A stretch of 64,000 nt of DNA from Mobula hypostoma (Eukaryota). The stretch spans positions 89,406,001-89,470,000 of the forward strand of contig NC_086097.1 of NCBI RefSeq assembly GCF_963921235.1. Reading direction: 5' to 3'. This document shows positions 24,162 to 36,125 of this stretch, one piece after another. The translations under genes and the position numbers were made by a program. The notes under the pieces were generated by a model that saw nothing but the letters and a program-made list of their open reading frames with translations, ran no database searches and had not been told where the DNA came from. The first letter of the stretch is position 1. Each line of letters opens with the position of its first letter.

Positions 24162-26411
24162 CAGTGGTGACACTCTGCCCTTCTACAAGATGCACGGCAG
24201 CAACTCACCAAGACTCCTTGGACGGCACCTTCCAAAGCCACGATCTCTGCCAGCTGAGAAGGATAAGGCTGGTAGAAGCGAGGGAACCACTGTCAGGTGG
24301 AATTTGCCCTCTGATTTGCATACAGTCCTGACTTAGAATTGCTTTTCTTTCTCCGACATGGGGTGAAATTCCTGTAACTGCCTCCCCAACAGTGTGACGA
24401 ATAAAACCACTTTCCAAGGGTCTGCAGTGGTTCAAGAAGGCAGCTCATCACCACCCACATGAGGGGAAATTAAGATTGGGCAATTGGGTGCTGGTTCAGC
24501 CTGCAAAGCCCGCATCCCTTTAATGAATATATAAAATAAATTGTTCACAGATGGAATGAATATTGTTTTCCTGTTAGCCCATGTGTGAATGTGGTCTTGG
24601 TCTTGCTGTGTGCAGGTACAGTATGGACTGCATTGTTCACTGAAGAGAGAAAAGAATTGTGCAATCATCCCCCAGAACTTTCCCACCGCTCCACCAGTGT
24701 CTTTTTGTTGCTCAGTAGAACTAGCTGGCTGTCGTGGCAGTTCCATTTGTTAGATCTTGCTATGCACAAATTGGCTGCAACATTTCTTACAAGTGTGGCA
24801 ACGTTTTTCCAAACTCCTGTGTTGGCTCTGCATTCTGTTGAGACGACTGCCACTATGTGAGCATCCTTTCAATAATCTGACGAGAAGGATATCTGACGTA
24901 GAGGAGCTGGCCAGAGGCAGCCTCAAACCACTGGCTTACTGCCTCTATACAGCAGTCCAGTGCCCACAGTGTGGCTGCGCGCTGACCCGAGCAACTCATT
25001 GGGTAGAAACTGGGTAAGCTCCCATCTCCTGTCCCATTCCATGCAGGGTGTGTGCTGTTTAATATTCAAGCAAGAAGGTGCCAGTAATTCCCAGTTAGCG
25101 ATGCAAGCTGTGATGACAGTGACCTTGAGACAGGTTGTTTACACAGATCAGTCCCTCTGCCTGTCCTGTTCTGTGGCACTTCATTCTTATGTTTTGCACC
25201 CTCCTCCTCCTCCACTCCTCATCCCTACCCCCTGATCTTGTGCTATCCACATACACCTTCACCACTTCTGTTTGTTTCTGTCAACCCCACCTCCATTGAA
25301 CCGTGACCTGCTGCTGCCCCAGCTCCCCAAGGATTTTCTATTGAATCTTGACCATCCCAGGCTTTGCATCCCACTCACTCACCGCCTTTTCCTCCCTCCC
25401 TTCCTCCTCCTAATCAAGCACCTTCTCCCCATCCATTAGCTCCTCCAGCAGCCCCCCACCCTCATCAGGTGCTCTTCACCCTAGTCCCTTTACCTTTTCA
25501 TCCCATCTGCCCCCTCCCTCATTAGACTCTCTGCCCCCTGTGACTCTGCCCTCTCTCCCCCCCCCCCCGCCGTGCTGAGCTGTACCTCAGTTGTCCAAGA
25601 CCACTCACTCACCCTTCCACTGTCCTTTCGGACTCCAGACTGCCGCTCGACCTGCCCAGCATGAGGTGCCCGGAGCACTGCAACTTCAAAGTTTGGATGA
25701 TTGCCACTCTTCCCCCACACCCAAATCCCTTCCCTGTCCCACCCTGCTTGAAGACGTCAAGGTGTAGCTCCCCTTCCTCTCCCCCACCCTTCAAACTACC
25801 CCACACTCAGTCTGTGCTTCTGTCTCGGGGTCAATCTGTGACTACGGCAGTACGATCCAATTGCAGTTTGTTGTCTGGAGGGAGCCCTTCACTGAGAGCT
25901 CTTTCCAGTTTCCACATATACCTTCAATTGTAAGCCCATTCTGCAGTGTTTAAACAGTGCATCCCAATGGCTGTAGGACATCAAACTGGAAGAACCTTCT
26001 GGAATCTTGCTGTAGCCTCTTGAGGGTTGAGCTCCAGAGCAGAAAGGGACCTTGCTATAAAATTCCAAGCTACAGTTTATATTCAGCACTGCTAAGCATG
26101 CCTTAATAGCAACGCAAAGAACCACATTGAAGTAATATTGCTGGGCTGGGGAAAACGAGGCAGGATTTTGGAGACAAAAGGAGACAAGTTGACATTTGAG
26201 TTCAAGTCCCTGCATCAGGGCTAAGAGGGAAAGGGGAATATTGCCAGGATGTAATGGTAGAAGTGGGAGTGTGGCAGAGATTGGTAGGTGATAGATGGAT
26301 CCAGTTGTTGGGGGGATGGGGGAGAGAGCTGATGGTCAAATGAATCCAGTTGGAGTGAGGATGAAGATGAAAGAGATGAACAAATGGAGAATAAAACTAG
26401 GTACTGTAGAT

Positions 26412-26745
26412 GTGATGGAGTGGAGATATATCTCTACCAAAGAGGTGTAAGGTGTTCCTTACCTCCGCTAACCTGCAGGTCACCCTTGGGCAAGGTGTAG
26501 CACCTGCTTAACCATGGGACCAGGTGGTGGATGGTCGTACGTGCAGCTGGTACATATCACATGGCCTGGTTGTGCCACTGCTGACGCCAGGCAGCCAGAC
26601 TCTGAAAAGTATTGATGATGGCTGGGGTCACCCATCCTGTAAAGACACTACCCGGAAGAAAGCAATGGTAAACCACTTCTGTAGAAAAAATAGCCAAGAC
26701 CATGATCGCCCACGTCATAAGAAAGGGCACATAATGATGATGGTG
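26412..26745 (+). mobile_element. SINE-like repeat with (ATG)n tail; second copy at about 38718-39085
   Basis: Shared ggagatat.t.tctaccaaag.aggtgtaa...gcagctggt.catatcac...tgtaaagacactacc.gaag...cacataat(gat)n in both copies. Confidence 0.7.
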
Positions 26746-29271
26746 ACACCAGATGGGTGAGTGTGCACGTGTGGGAGTCCGTTGGGGAAGTCAAAGGCCG
26801 AATGACTGGGAATTCAAGCCCACTGGAGGCCAAAGACTGCCTGTTCTGGGGTTGAGGGACTGTATATGCATAGTTGGGTGGGGGGAGAATGGGTGTAGGG
26901 AGGAACAGTGCATGTTTTGCTGTTTTTGTTTTGTCGATTGTTGTGTTCTGTGTTGTTTTGCTGAGCATTGTGGACAGGCCTTGTTGATTCTGGATTATGT
27001 ACCGACACTTGCAAGCTGCCCCCAGCATGTCCTTGGGTCTGTCATTTGTTAATGCAAATGACACTTTTCACTATGTGTTTCCATGTACGTATGATAAATC
27101 TGAATCTTAAATCTTGACAGCATCACTAGTGTTGGTTGCCTGTAATTGAAAGAATCTGTTTTGAAAGAATTGGTTTGTAAGCTGCATAAGGAGAATACAA
27201 AATATAAAGCATTCCCATCTGCTAACGCCTATGACCTATCAGCCTCTGCCCCTCCCCCACTTGATTCCATCTGCCCATCACCCCTCCCATCTATCCTATC
27301 ACCATCTAACCCTTCCTCCCACTTGTACTGCTGTATACAGGCTAACTTCCTGCTTCCCTCTTTAGTTTAATACACAACAAAAACATTGATCATATCTTTA
27401 CCACCACGGATGCTGCTCAGCATAATGTGTTCTCCAGATATTCTGTCCTTTGTTCTAGATTCTTAAATCTGCAGCCTTTTCTGTTTTTGTGATATTACCA
27501 GATTGACTTGTTATCAAATGGACTTTTAAGTTGCGAGCTTTCATGGTTTATTTTGAGAATTCCTGAGAGCAGTGTTTACCTTGAACTCTTTCCTCAGGAA
27601 GTCTCTGCCATGGCCCACTTGACTGTCCTCACCACTGCTCCCTCCACCAATGTTAATGAGTCTGCTCTTTCTGCTTACGGTCTACTGGTTACAGTTTCTT
27701 TGCACAAGCCACATAAGGGCAAGGCTGTGTTTGTTCTGCACGTGCTCTTATCTCTTGCTTTTGCTGTCTCAGTTGCAAGACAGAAGGCGAGCGAGGAACA
27801 TGCCACGAGAAAAGGCATTTGGAAGAAGTCATGAGGGAGCTGGATGTTTTGTGCCAGTCGCTGCCTAGCACGTCTTGAATGATGTATTAATGAGTGGTCT
27901 TCTGCGCTCTGACATAGACGTGACAGATCGCACAGCGTTTTCAGAAGAATGTGGTGTTTCCTTTGTGTTGTACCAAATACTTACTTTAATTATCATTTAT
28001 TTACATAGCAAGACAGTGTGGAGTTGGTCCTTCGGCCCTTCGAGACATGTCTCCACAGCAGCCTCCAACAACCCCAATTTAAGGCTAACCTAATCGCAGG
28101 ACAATTTACAATGACCAGTTCATCTACCTGGTATGCCTCTGGACTGAGGGAGGAAACCGAAACACTTGGGGAACACCATTCCCTGAGCAAGACAGAGACC
28201 TCTTACAGGCATTTCAACATGTTCCTTGGTTCAGTAACGCTCGCTAGCTGGACATTGCAAAAATGCTAGAAACCTGAAATAAAAACAAAATAATAAGTAA
28301 GCACTGCAGGTCAGGCAGCCTCTGCAAAGGGAGAGACGGAGTTAACATTTTCAGAACCTTGATTTGAAGCATTACCCCTGTCCTTCTCTTTGCCTGACCT
28401 GCTGAGTGTTTCCAGCATTTTTTGTATCTGGTCTCATCACCTGTCAGGTGCCTGAAGACAGTGAGAGATCTTGAAAGGTGTTATAGAACTGTCAATATTA
28501 CAAGTGCAAGGCTTTCTGTTCTTAATACTAGAAGTGAAGTGAAGAATTAGTTGTTTAGTTGTACTCAGGAGGAAGGATGTCAGACTGAACTCTGCCAGTT
28601 AACTCATGTCAAAGCAGCACAAGCCAGCACTTTGATGCTGGAGGGTGGTGGTGGCTGGTGTTGCAGAGGCTGGGAGGTGCAAGGGAAGAATATCAGCCAA
28701 GATGTGGGCTCTGATTTCTATCACTGGCCAGCCACGGGGTGTGTAAATGACAACCATTTTACATTGTCTTGGATGTTGTTTCTTGGTGCACTTTGTATCT
28801 GCTTGAGTAAGGCTAAATTGCCAGGACAGTTCTCTGTTGCAAGGATAAACCAATCTTTTGTGGTCAAGGACACCATAATTGGCATGGTGCAACCAAAGAA
28901 TGAACACTCAGCCAATGAGTTGGGTATAGGGAAGGATGACTAAGGCTTGGCCAAAGTGAATAGCTAAAGATATAGCTAAAAGGCCAGAGATGGGCAAGGA
29001 ATGCCAGGTGCCAAAAATAAACTGTTGGGGAAAAATAAACAGCAGGTGGAGCAGCATCTGTGGGGGCGAAAGGACAGCTGATACTTTGGATTGAGTCGAG
29101 ATCTGGCTTCAATGCTGAGAGCGTAGAGGGAAGGTAGCCAGCACACAGGACTTTGAGAACAGAGCACTAAGGGAGGGAGCACCATGGGGATGAGTACTTA
29201 ATCCCCTGCTCTACTCGCTTTACACCTATGACTGTGTGGCTATGTACATCTCAAACACCATATTTGAATTT

Positions 29272-30459
29272 ATTTAAATCTTACATCCATCCCACAACGT
29301 GAGGGAGTGAAAAACTTTGTGTTATGACTCCGTTGCATTGTACAGACATGTGTATTTTAAAATCTAATTGCTTGTAGAAAGAAGCTGTAGCCTGTTGGTC
29401 CTGGCTTTAATGCTGCGGTACCGTTTGCCAGATGGAAGCAGCTGAAACAATTTATGGTTGGGGTGACTGGAGTCCCCGATGATCTTCCAGGCCTTCTTTC
29501 TGCACCTGCTGCTGTAAATGTCCTCAGAGGAGGGAAGCTCACATCCACAGATGCACTGGGCTGTCTGTACCACTCTGTGCAGTTCCCAGTGATCAAGGTT
29601 GGTGCAGTTTCTGTACCAGGCGGTGATACAGCCAGTCAGTGTGCTCTCAGAGGTGTCCCTGTAGAAGGTCTTGAGGATCTGGGGGCTCGTGCTAAACTTC
29701 TTCAGTTGCCTGAGATGGAAGAGATGCTGTTGTGCTCTTTTTGCCACACAGCCAGTGTGTACAGTCCCGGTGAGATCATCGGTGATGTGTATACTGACGA
29801 ACTTGAAACTATTCACCTTCTCAACTGCAGACCCATTGATGTTAATCAGAGCAAGCTTGTCTCCATTCCTCCAGTTATCCATAATCAACACTTTTGTTTT
29901 ATAGACATTGAGGGAGAGGTTGTTATCCTGGCACCACTGTGTCAGGGTGTTAACCTCTCCTCTGTAGGCTGTCTCGTCACCACTAGAAATAAGGCCGATC
30001 AGAGTTGTGTCCTCTGCGAATTTGATCAGCCGATTGGAGCTGTGTGTGACAGTATAGTCGTGGGTGTAAAGGGAGTAGAGAAGGGGACTCAGGACACAAC
30101 CCTGGGGGGCACCTGTGTTGAGGGTCAGAGGGGCAGAGGCGAGGGAGCCCATCCTTACCACCCGTTGGCGATCTGATAGGAAGTCTAGGATACAGCTGCA
30201 CAAGGCAGGGTGCAGGCCAAGGTCTCAGAGTTTCCTGTCAAGTCTGGAGGCAATTATGGTGTTGAATGCTGAACTGTAGTCCAGGAGCAGCATTCTAACG
30301 TATGCATCCCTCTTCTCCAGGCGAGTGAGGACGGTGTGTAGTGCTGTGGCTACATCGACATCGGTAGGCAAATTGTAGGGGTTCAGTGTGGGTGGTAGCA
30401 TGCTGCAGATATAATCTTTACCACCCTCTCAAAGCATTTGTTTATGATTGAAATCAGTG
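29272..30459 (-). mobile_element. Rex1/Babar-type LINE RT fragment inserted antisense
   Basis: ORF 29364-30203: TGAPQGCVLSPLLYSLYTHD, IKFAEDTTLIGLI, LSLNVYKTK, FQLLPSGKRYRS. Confidence 0.9.
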
Positions 30460-31069
30460 TGAGTTTGTTGATGAGTTGGTCATGGGCTGTATCAAACTTG
30501 ATGTTGAATCAGCATACAGGAGGGAGACTGAAAATTTGGCTGAGGGGTGTAATACCAATAACCCCTCACTCAGTGTCAGTAAGAGCAAGGAACTGATTGT
30601 AGACTTCAGGAGGGGGAAAAACCAGAGTCCATGAGCCAGTAATCATCAGAGGTGGAGAGGGTCAGTAACTTGAAATTCCTGGGTGTCACTATCTCAGAGG
30701 ACCTGTCCTGGACCCATCATATCAATATAATTGCAAAGAAAGCATGGCAGCACCTCTACTTCCTTAGGAGTCTGTGGACATTTGGCATGTCATCAAAAAC
30801 CTCGGCAAATTTCTATAGATGTGTGGTGGAATGTGTTATAGTCTGGCATGGGAACACCAATGCCTTTGAGCAGAAAATCCGACAAAAGGTAGTGGATTCA
30901 GCCCAGTACATCGTGAATGAAGCCCTCCCAACCATTGAGCACATCTACATGAAATGTTGATGTAGAAAAACAGCATCCATCATCAAAGATCCTCACAACC
31001 CAGGCCATGCTCTTTTCTCGCTGCTGCCAACAGATAGGAGATACGAGAGCCTCAGGACTTGCACCACCA

Positions 31070-32644
31070 TATATTTTTATAGGCATCCATTACAGGTTTC
31101 CCCGCCATCCGAAGGTACAGCGTTCCTATGAAACCATTCGTAAGCCGGAATGTCGTAAAGCCAAGAAGCAATTACCGTTTATTTATATGGGAAAAATTTA
31201 TGAGCGTTCGCAGACCTAAAAATAACCTACCAAATCATGCCAAATAACACACAAAACCTAAAATAACAGTAACATACAGTAAAAGCAGGAATGATATGAT
31301 AAATACACAGCCTATATAAAGTAGAAATACTTCACTACAATCATTGCCTGCACTGTTCTCCATAGCGAAAATCTCATGCAAGCGCTCTCGGCAGAAACAC
31401 GGCATAACGCCTCTGATCTGGGCCAACATTTACGTGCCGGGCGGCACCTAATTAATTAGCTTGTTTATTTCGGCTTTTTTTTCTCAAAGATGTGCTGGGT
31501 GCGTCCCGGCTACCGCTGCATTCTCCGCGAATTGGTATCTGTCCGCGGCCCAGGGGTTGGGGTGGTGTGACACTGAGGTGCCGTCTATTTCCATCAGGGC
31601 AGGCAGCTCATCTTCTCCTATGTCTGCCTGCCTCGATGTCGAAGTTCGAGGTTCGTCATCCGCTGTGGCTGATGTGGAAGGCTTGAAAAACGACAGTATG
31701 CTTGACTGCTTAGCCTCGCGCATTTTTCTATCATACAGTTCTTTGTAAGCACTCAAACCATCTTGCAAATATGCCCTAAACCGGCGTACCCTTTCAAAAT
31801 TAAAGTCGTACTTTATCATTGCAGCGAAAATCTCATGCAGTTGCTTCACATTCAGTTCCTGGACGACTTCACTTTCGCTACTGCATTTGGTTTTGATTGT
31901 TATCCTTTCCTCTTCCAATTGCATCAGCTCTTCATCTATCAGTTCTTGGTCATGGGATGCCAAAACTTCTTCAACATCATCTTCGTCAACTTCCACAAGC
32001 CAAACTCACTTTGTCCTTACTTCATTCACCACGACCGAAATGCTTAATTATGTCTAGTTTTACGCTAAGTGTTACGAGCTCTTTTAGGCTTTTCTGATAC
32101 CTTAGAACTCATCTTGCAAATGGATGCTCACAGGCATGTGTTTAAGCAATGCCGGTGAGAATGCCGTTCCAAATACAGGGGAGGAGCAGCTGCTTGGGGC
32201 ACACACTGCCTTTTATCGCGTGCTGCTTTTTCTGCACGCTGCCTTTTTTCGTAACAGTGAAAACATTGTTAGCGAAAACAGGTAACTAATGTAGGTCTTT
32301 CGTAACAGTGAGGTTTCGTAAAGCGAACGTTCGAAAAGTGGGGGACACCTGTAGTCTCATGAGATCATGGATTTGCACCTTGGAAGGTTTCCAGAGTGCA
32401 GGCCTGGGCAAGGTTGTATGGAAGACCAGCAGTTGCCCATGATGCAAGTCTCCCCTCCACCAATGTTGTCCAAGGGAAGGGCATTAGGCCCCATACAGCA
32501 TGGCACCGGTGTCGTCACAGAGCAATGTGTGGTTAAGTGCCTTGCTTAAGGACACACACACTGCCTCAGCCAAGGCTCGAACTAGCGACCTTCAAATCAC
32601 TAGACAAACGCCTTAACCACTTGGCCACGCGCCAACACACTACG
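31070..32644 (-). mobile_element. tRNA-derived SINE with 10-bp TSD, split by a Tigger-type element
   Basis: TSD tgcaccacca at 31060-31069 and 32645-32654; minus-strand A box TGGCCAAGTGG and B box AGTTCGAGCC at about 32572-32627. Confidence 0.85.
31093..32351 (-). mobile_element. Tigger/pogo-type DNA transposon, internal-deletion derivative
   Basis: TA flanks (31091-92, 32352-53); termini caggtttccccgc and gtgggggacacctg. Minus strand has an N-terminal remnant from ATG 32112 (MSSKVSEKPKRAR..TLSVKLDIIKHF) fused to a Tigger-like C-terminus (EVDEDDVEEVLASHDQELIDEEL...YKELYDRKMREAKQSSILSFFKP); no DDE core. Confidence 0.9.
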
Positions 32645-34448
32645 TGCACCACCAGGTTCAAGAAATATTACTACCCCTCAACCATCAGACACTTGAACAA
32701 AAGGGGATAACTATACTCATTCTACTTCTGGTGTTCCCACAACCGATGGTCTCACTTTAAGGACTCCTTATCTTGTAACTTCATGCTCATTATTTATTGC
32801 TATTTATTTATATCTGCATTTCCACAGTTTGTTGTTCATTGATCCTGTTTACAGTTACTGTTCTATAGATTTGATAATTATGCCTGCAGAAAAAGAATCT
32901 CAGGGTTGCTTGTACCCTGATAATAATATTTTACTTCGAACTTTGAGAAGTGAGAGGGAGGGGTGAGAAAGGGACCAGAAGGTGGAACCAGGTGAGGAGG
33001 GGATATTGGGCAGATGGACCTAAGTGGGGGGTGGAAGCTGGTAGTTGATAGGTGGAACCAAATGGTAGGGAGATGATCCCCGTTGTTATACCCTCCCCTA
33101 CCTGAAGCATGAGCTCTATTTCTCTTCCCAACAGGTGTGGCCTGACCTGCTGAGGATCCCAACAATTTTTGTTTTCATGCCAGACATTTGGGTTTGAGAA
33201 GTTCACTTTTTTCCATTTTGTTTTCTGAAAGTGATGGAGGACATTTGGCTCATGAAGTCTACACCGGTTGTCAGAGCAATCTCTCCACCCATTTTTCCCT
33301 ACAAGTTATTCTCACACATGCCTATCAAAATCCCCAATTCTCCCGCAAAACACAGCAGAAAAAGGCCCTTCAGCTCACAATATTTTGCCAAACTAATTAT
33401 CCTAATGGTGCCTAATCCCTTCTGTCTACATAAGGAGGCTGTTGATGGTGGAGAATTAATCTACTTGCAAAGCTTGGGGACGTGGGAGGAAATTGGAGCA
33501 CCTGGAGGAAACCCATGCAGTTCCAGGGAACGTGCAAGGTCTACACCGGCAACCCAAGTCAGGATTGAACTCATGACGCCAGATCTATGAGGCATGGGTT
33601 GACTCACTGCACAACTCTTTGTGCAAGCTGAAAAGCACTGCTCCATGAGGAGGATCAATTCTGTTGCACAAGAGGCCAAAATTGGAAGAACGTAGGGAGG
33701 AAGGGTGAGGACGTGAGGGTGTCAAGGCATTACTGGACTCTTGAGTCAATGTGGATCAGAATGCACTTGACTGCATTTGCTATACAAGGCAGGGTACATC
33801 CAGCAGAGGTTTTGATATTCCTTTGGAGTTTACTAGAATGGGTAATAAAAGCACCGCTGAGAGTTTAGGGGCAGATGAATTCTGATAAGAGCGGATAGTG
33901 GAAGATAGCAGTCTTGTGGAATAAATAGGAATAGTAGTTCTTATATAGGCACATGGGTGATAGGAAAATGGAGGGTTATCTGGGAGTGCTGGTTGGTGGT
34001 GTAGTGGCACAAGCACTGAACTTCGATGCAGGTGGTCCTGAGTTTGAATCCGGCCTGGTCCCAACCTGGGCAGCAGCAGTATCTTCTTGGAAGAAAGGTC
34101 TGGCAGTCTACTTCCGTATCTTGCCATGAAAACCCTGTCCAAAGGGTCGCCATGAGTTACTCAACAACAACAGCATGTGGTTAGATTGACTTTGGAGTAG
34201 GGTAAAAGTTTGGCACAACATCATGCGTTGAAGGGCCTGTACTGTGCTGTAGTGTTCTATGTTCTGTCTCAGGGTCAAATGGAATGCTCATTTGACAAAT
34301 AGTCTAGTTCTTTAAGTGAGCACTTAATGGGATTGATGGGGGTCAGTGACTTGGCGACATCAGGTAAAAGGCACTGGCCACCAATACTGACTCTGGTTCA
34401 CCAGTTGCACATCTAATCTCTTGTAACTTTTGCCTTTTCCCATGCCAG

Positions 34449-34549
34449 GACTATCTCGGTTGCATCATCGATGCTTCAGATTTGCCCATCAGACCCGAGC
34501 ACGTCTCTGCACTGTTTGGAAACATTGAGGACATCTATGAGTTCAATAG
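34449..34549 (+). CDS. PLEKHG3: PLEKHG3 coding exon (DH): [33 protein letters not shown](S)
   Basis: catgccag|GAC ... AATAG|gtatgg; 101 nt, phase 0 to 2; LFGNIEDIY is a typical DH motif. Confidence 0.93.
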
Positions 34550-34791
34550 GTATGGAGAGAAAAGAGACCTGTCTTCTCAGTTAAGTGTTCTCATCTCTAA
34601 TCATGTGGTCAGTTCCCTTTTTTAATTCCTACTTAATCCTCCTCTTTAGTCTCATCCTTTGCTTGGTTCCTAGAATAATTCCTCTCTTTAATTCTGTTTG
34701 ATTTCTGTCATTTATTTTAATATTCAACAAAGGTGTTAAAAATTTATGGGTAGTTTTGATAGAATCAGGTGAGAGAAAGCTTTCTACTGGC

Positions 34792-35665
34792 CATAAGACC
34801 TAGCAGCAGAATTAGGCCATTCTATCTAGTCTGCCATTCTATCATAGTTGATTTATTATCCCTCTCAACCCGTTCTCCTGCCTCCTCCCTGTAACCTTTG
34901 ATACCCTTCCTTATTAAGAACCTACCTATCTCTGCTTTGAATATATCCAAAAGACTTGGTCTCTACAGCCATCTGTGGTAATGAATTCCACAGATTCACC
35001 ACCCTCTGGCTAAAAAAATTCCTCGTCATCTCTATTCTAAGATGATGTACTTGTATCCTGAGGCTGTGTGTTCTGGTCCTTGACTCACCCTCTATTGGAA
35101 ACATCCTCTCCGCATCCACTCTATTTAGGCCTTTCAATATTTGATGGGTTTCAATGAGATCCTCCCTTATTCGTTTAGAGAGTTCAGGCCCCCTGAGCCA
35201 TCAAACACTCCTCATATACTAACCCTGTCATTCCTGGGATCATTCTCATTAACCTCCTCTGGACCCTCTCCAATTCCAGCACATCTTTTTTACGGTAAGG
35301 GGCGTAAAACTGCTTACAATACTCCATGTGCAGTCTGACGAATGCCTTAAAAAGCGTCAGCATCACATCCTTGCTTTTGCATTCTAGTCCTGTCAAAATG
35401 AATGCGACTGGCCACCAATACTGACTCTTCATGGAATGTATTCTCTTTCTTTACCTCAGACTCAACCTGCAAGTTAACCCCCAGGGAGACCTGCATGAAG
35501 ACTTCCAAGTCCCTTTCCACCTCTGATTTCTAAATTTTCTCCCCATTTGAAAAAATAGTCTACACCTTTATTCCTTCTGCCAAGGTGCATGACCATATAC
35601 TTCCCTACACTATGTTCCATTTGTCACTTCTTTGCCTATTCTTCTAATCTGTCTAACTCCTTTGG
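34792..35665 (-). mobile_element. CR1 LINE 3' fragment
   Basis: Minus-strand KDVMLTLFKAFVRLHMEYC, ERVQRRLMRMIPGM, RNFFSQRVVNLWNSLPQ. Confidence 0.85.
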
Positions 35666-36045
35666 AGATTGACATGGGTCACCAGTACAGATAGTGGAAG
35701 ACAACTGAGGAGAATTCCTCACAATGCCATGAACTGGAAAGTACTATGCTAGAATGCTCCAAGTGGTTCGCAATATAAGATTTCCTCATTTTAACAGGAA
35801 GGTGTGTGCATATTGATGATGCTTTAGAGGGGAAGAGTTGAGAGTTAGACCAGTTGCAGGCTGCTTCTGAAGAATTGCTGTCTTGGCAGCAAAGTGTTAA
35901 TAATTTCTGTACTCTGAAAATAATCTGCACTATATACAAACAAATTTAACATTGCAAAGTTGGCATTACTTGTGAAATGCGTCTCTTGTGGTTACAAAAT
36001 GCGTCAGTTGTGTTACTGTGATCTGCCCAGCTGGAGTGTACAGAG

Positions 36046-36125
36046 CAGGGGTTCCCAACCTTTTTGATGCCATGGCCCCCTACCATTAACTGAGGAGTCC
36101 ACGGACCCCAGGTTGGGAACCCCTG
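36046..36125. mobile_element. 80-bp hAT (Charlie-like) mini-MITE
   Basis: Perfect 15-bp TIR caggggttcccaacc / ggttgggaacccctg; 8-bp flanks match only 5/8. Confidence 0.8.

Larger units (their letters stand above)
29175..32945 (+). mobile_element. decayed Rex1/Babar-type LINE hosting three nested insertions
   Basis: Collinear pieces at 29175-29271, 30460-31069 (ERVSNLKFLGVTISEDLSWTHH) and 32645-32945 (tail ttacttcgaactttga). Confidence 0.8.

Noticed and set aside
29454..30176. 240-aa plus-strand ORF
   Set aside because: Antisense shadow of the Rex1-type RT ORF 29364-30203.
32570..32640. tRNA-like sequence with A and B boxes
   Set aside because: It is the head of a SINE with a body and TSD; I could not build a complete cloverleaf.
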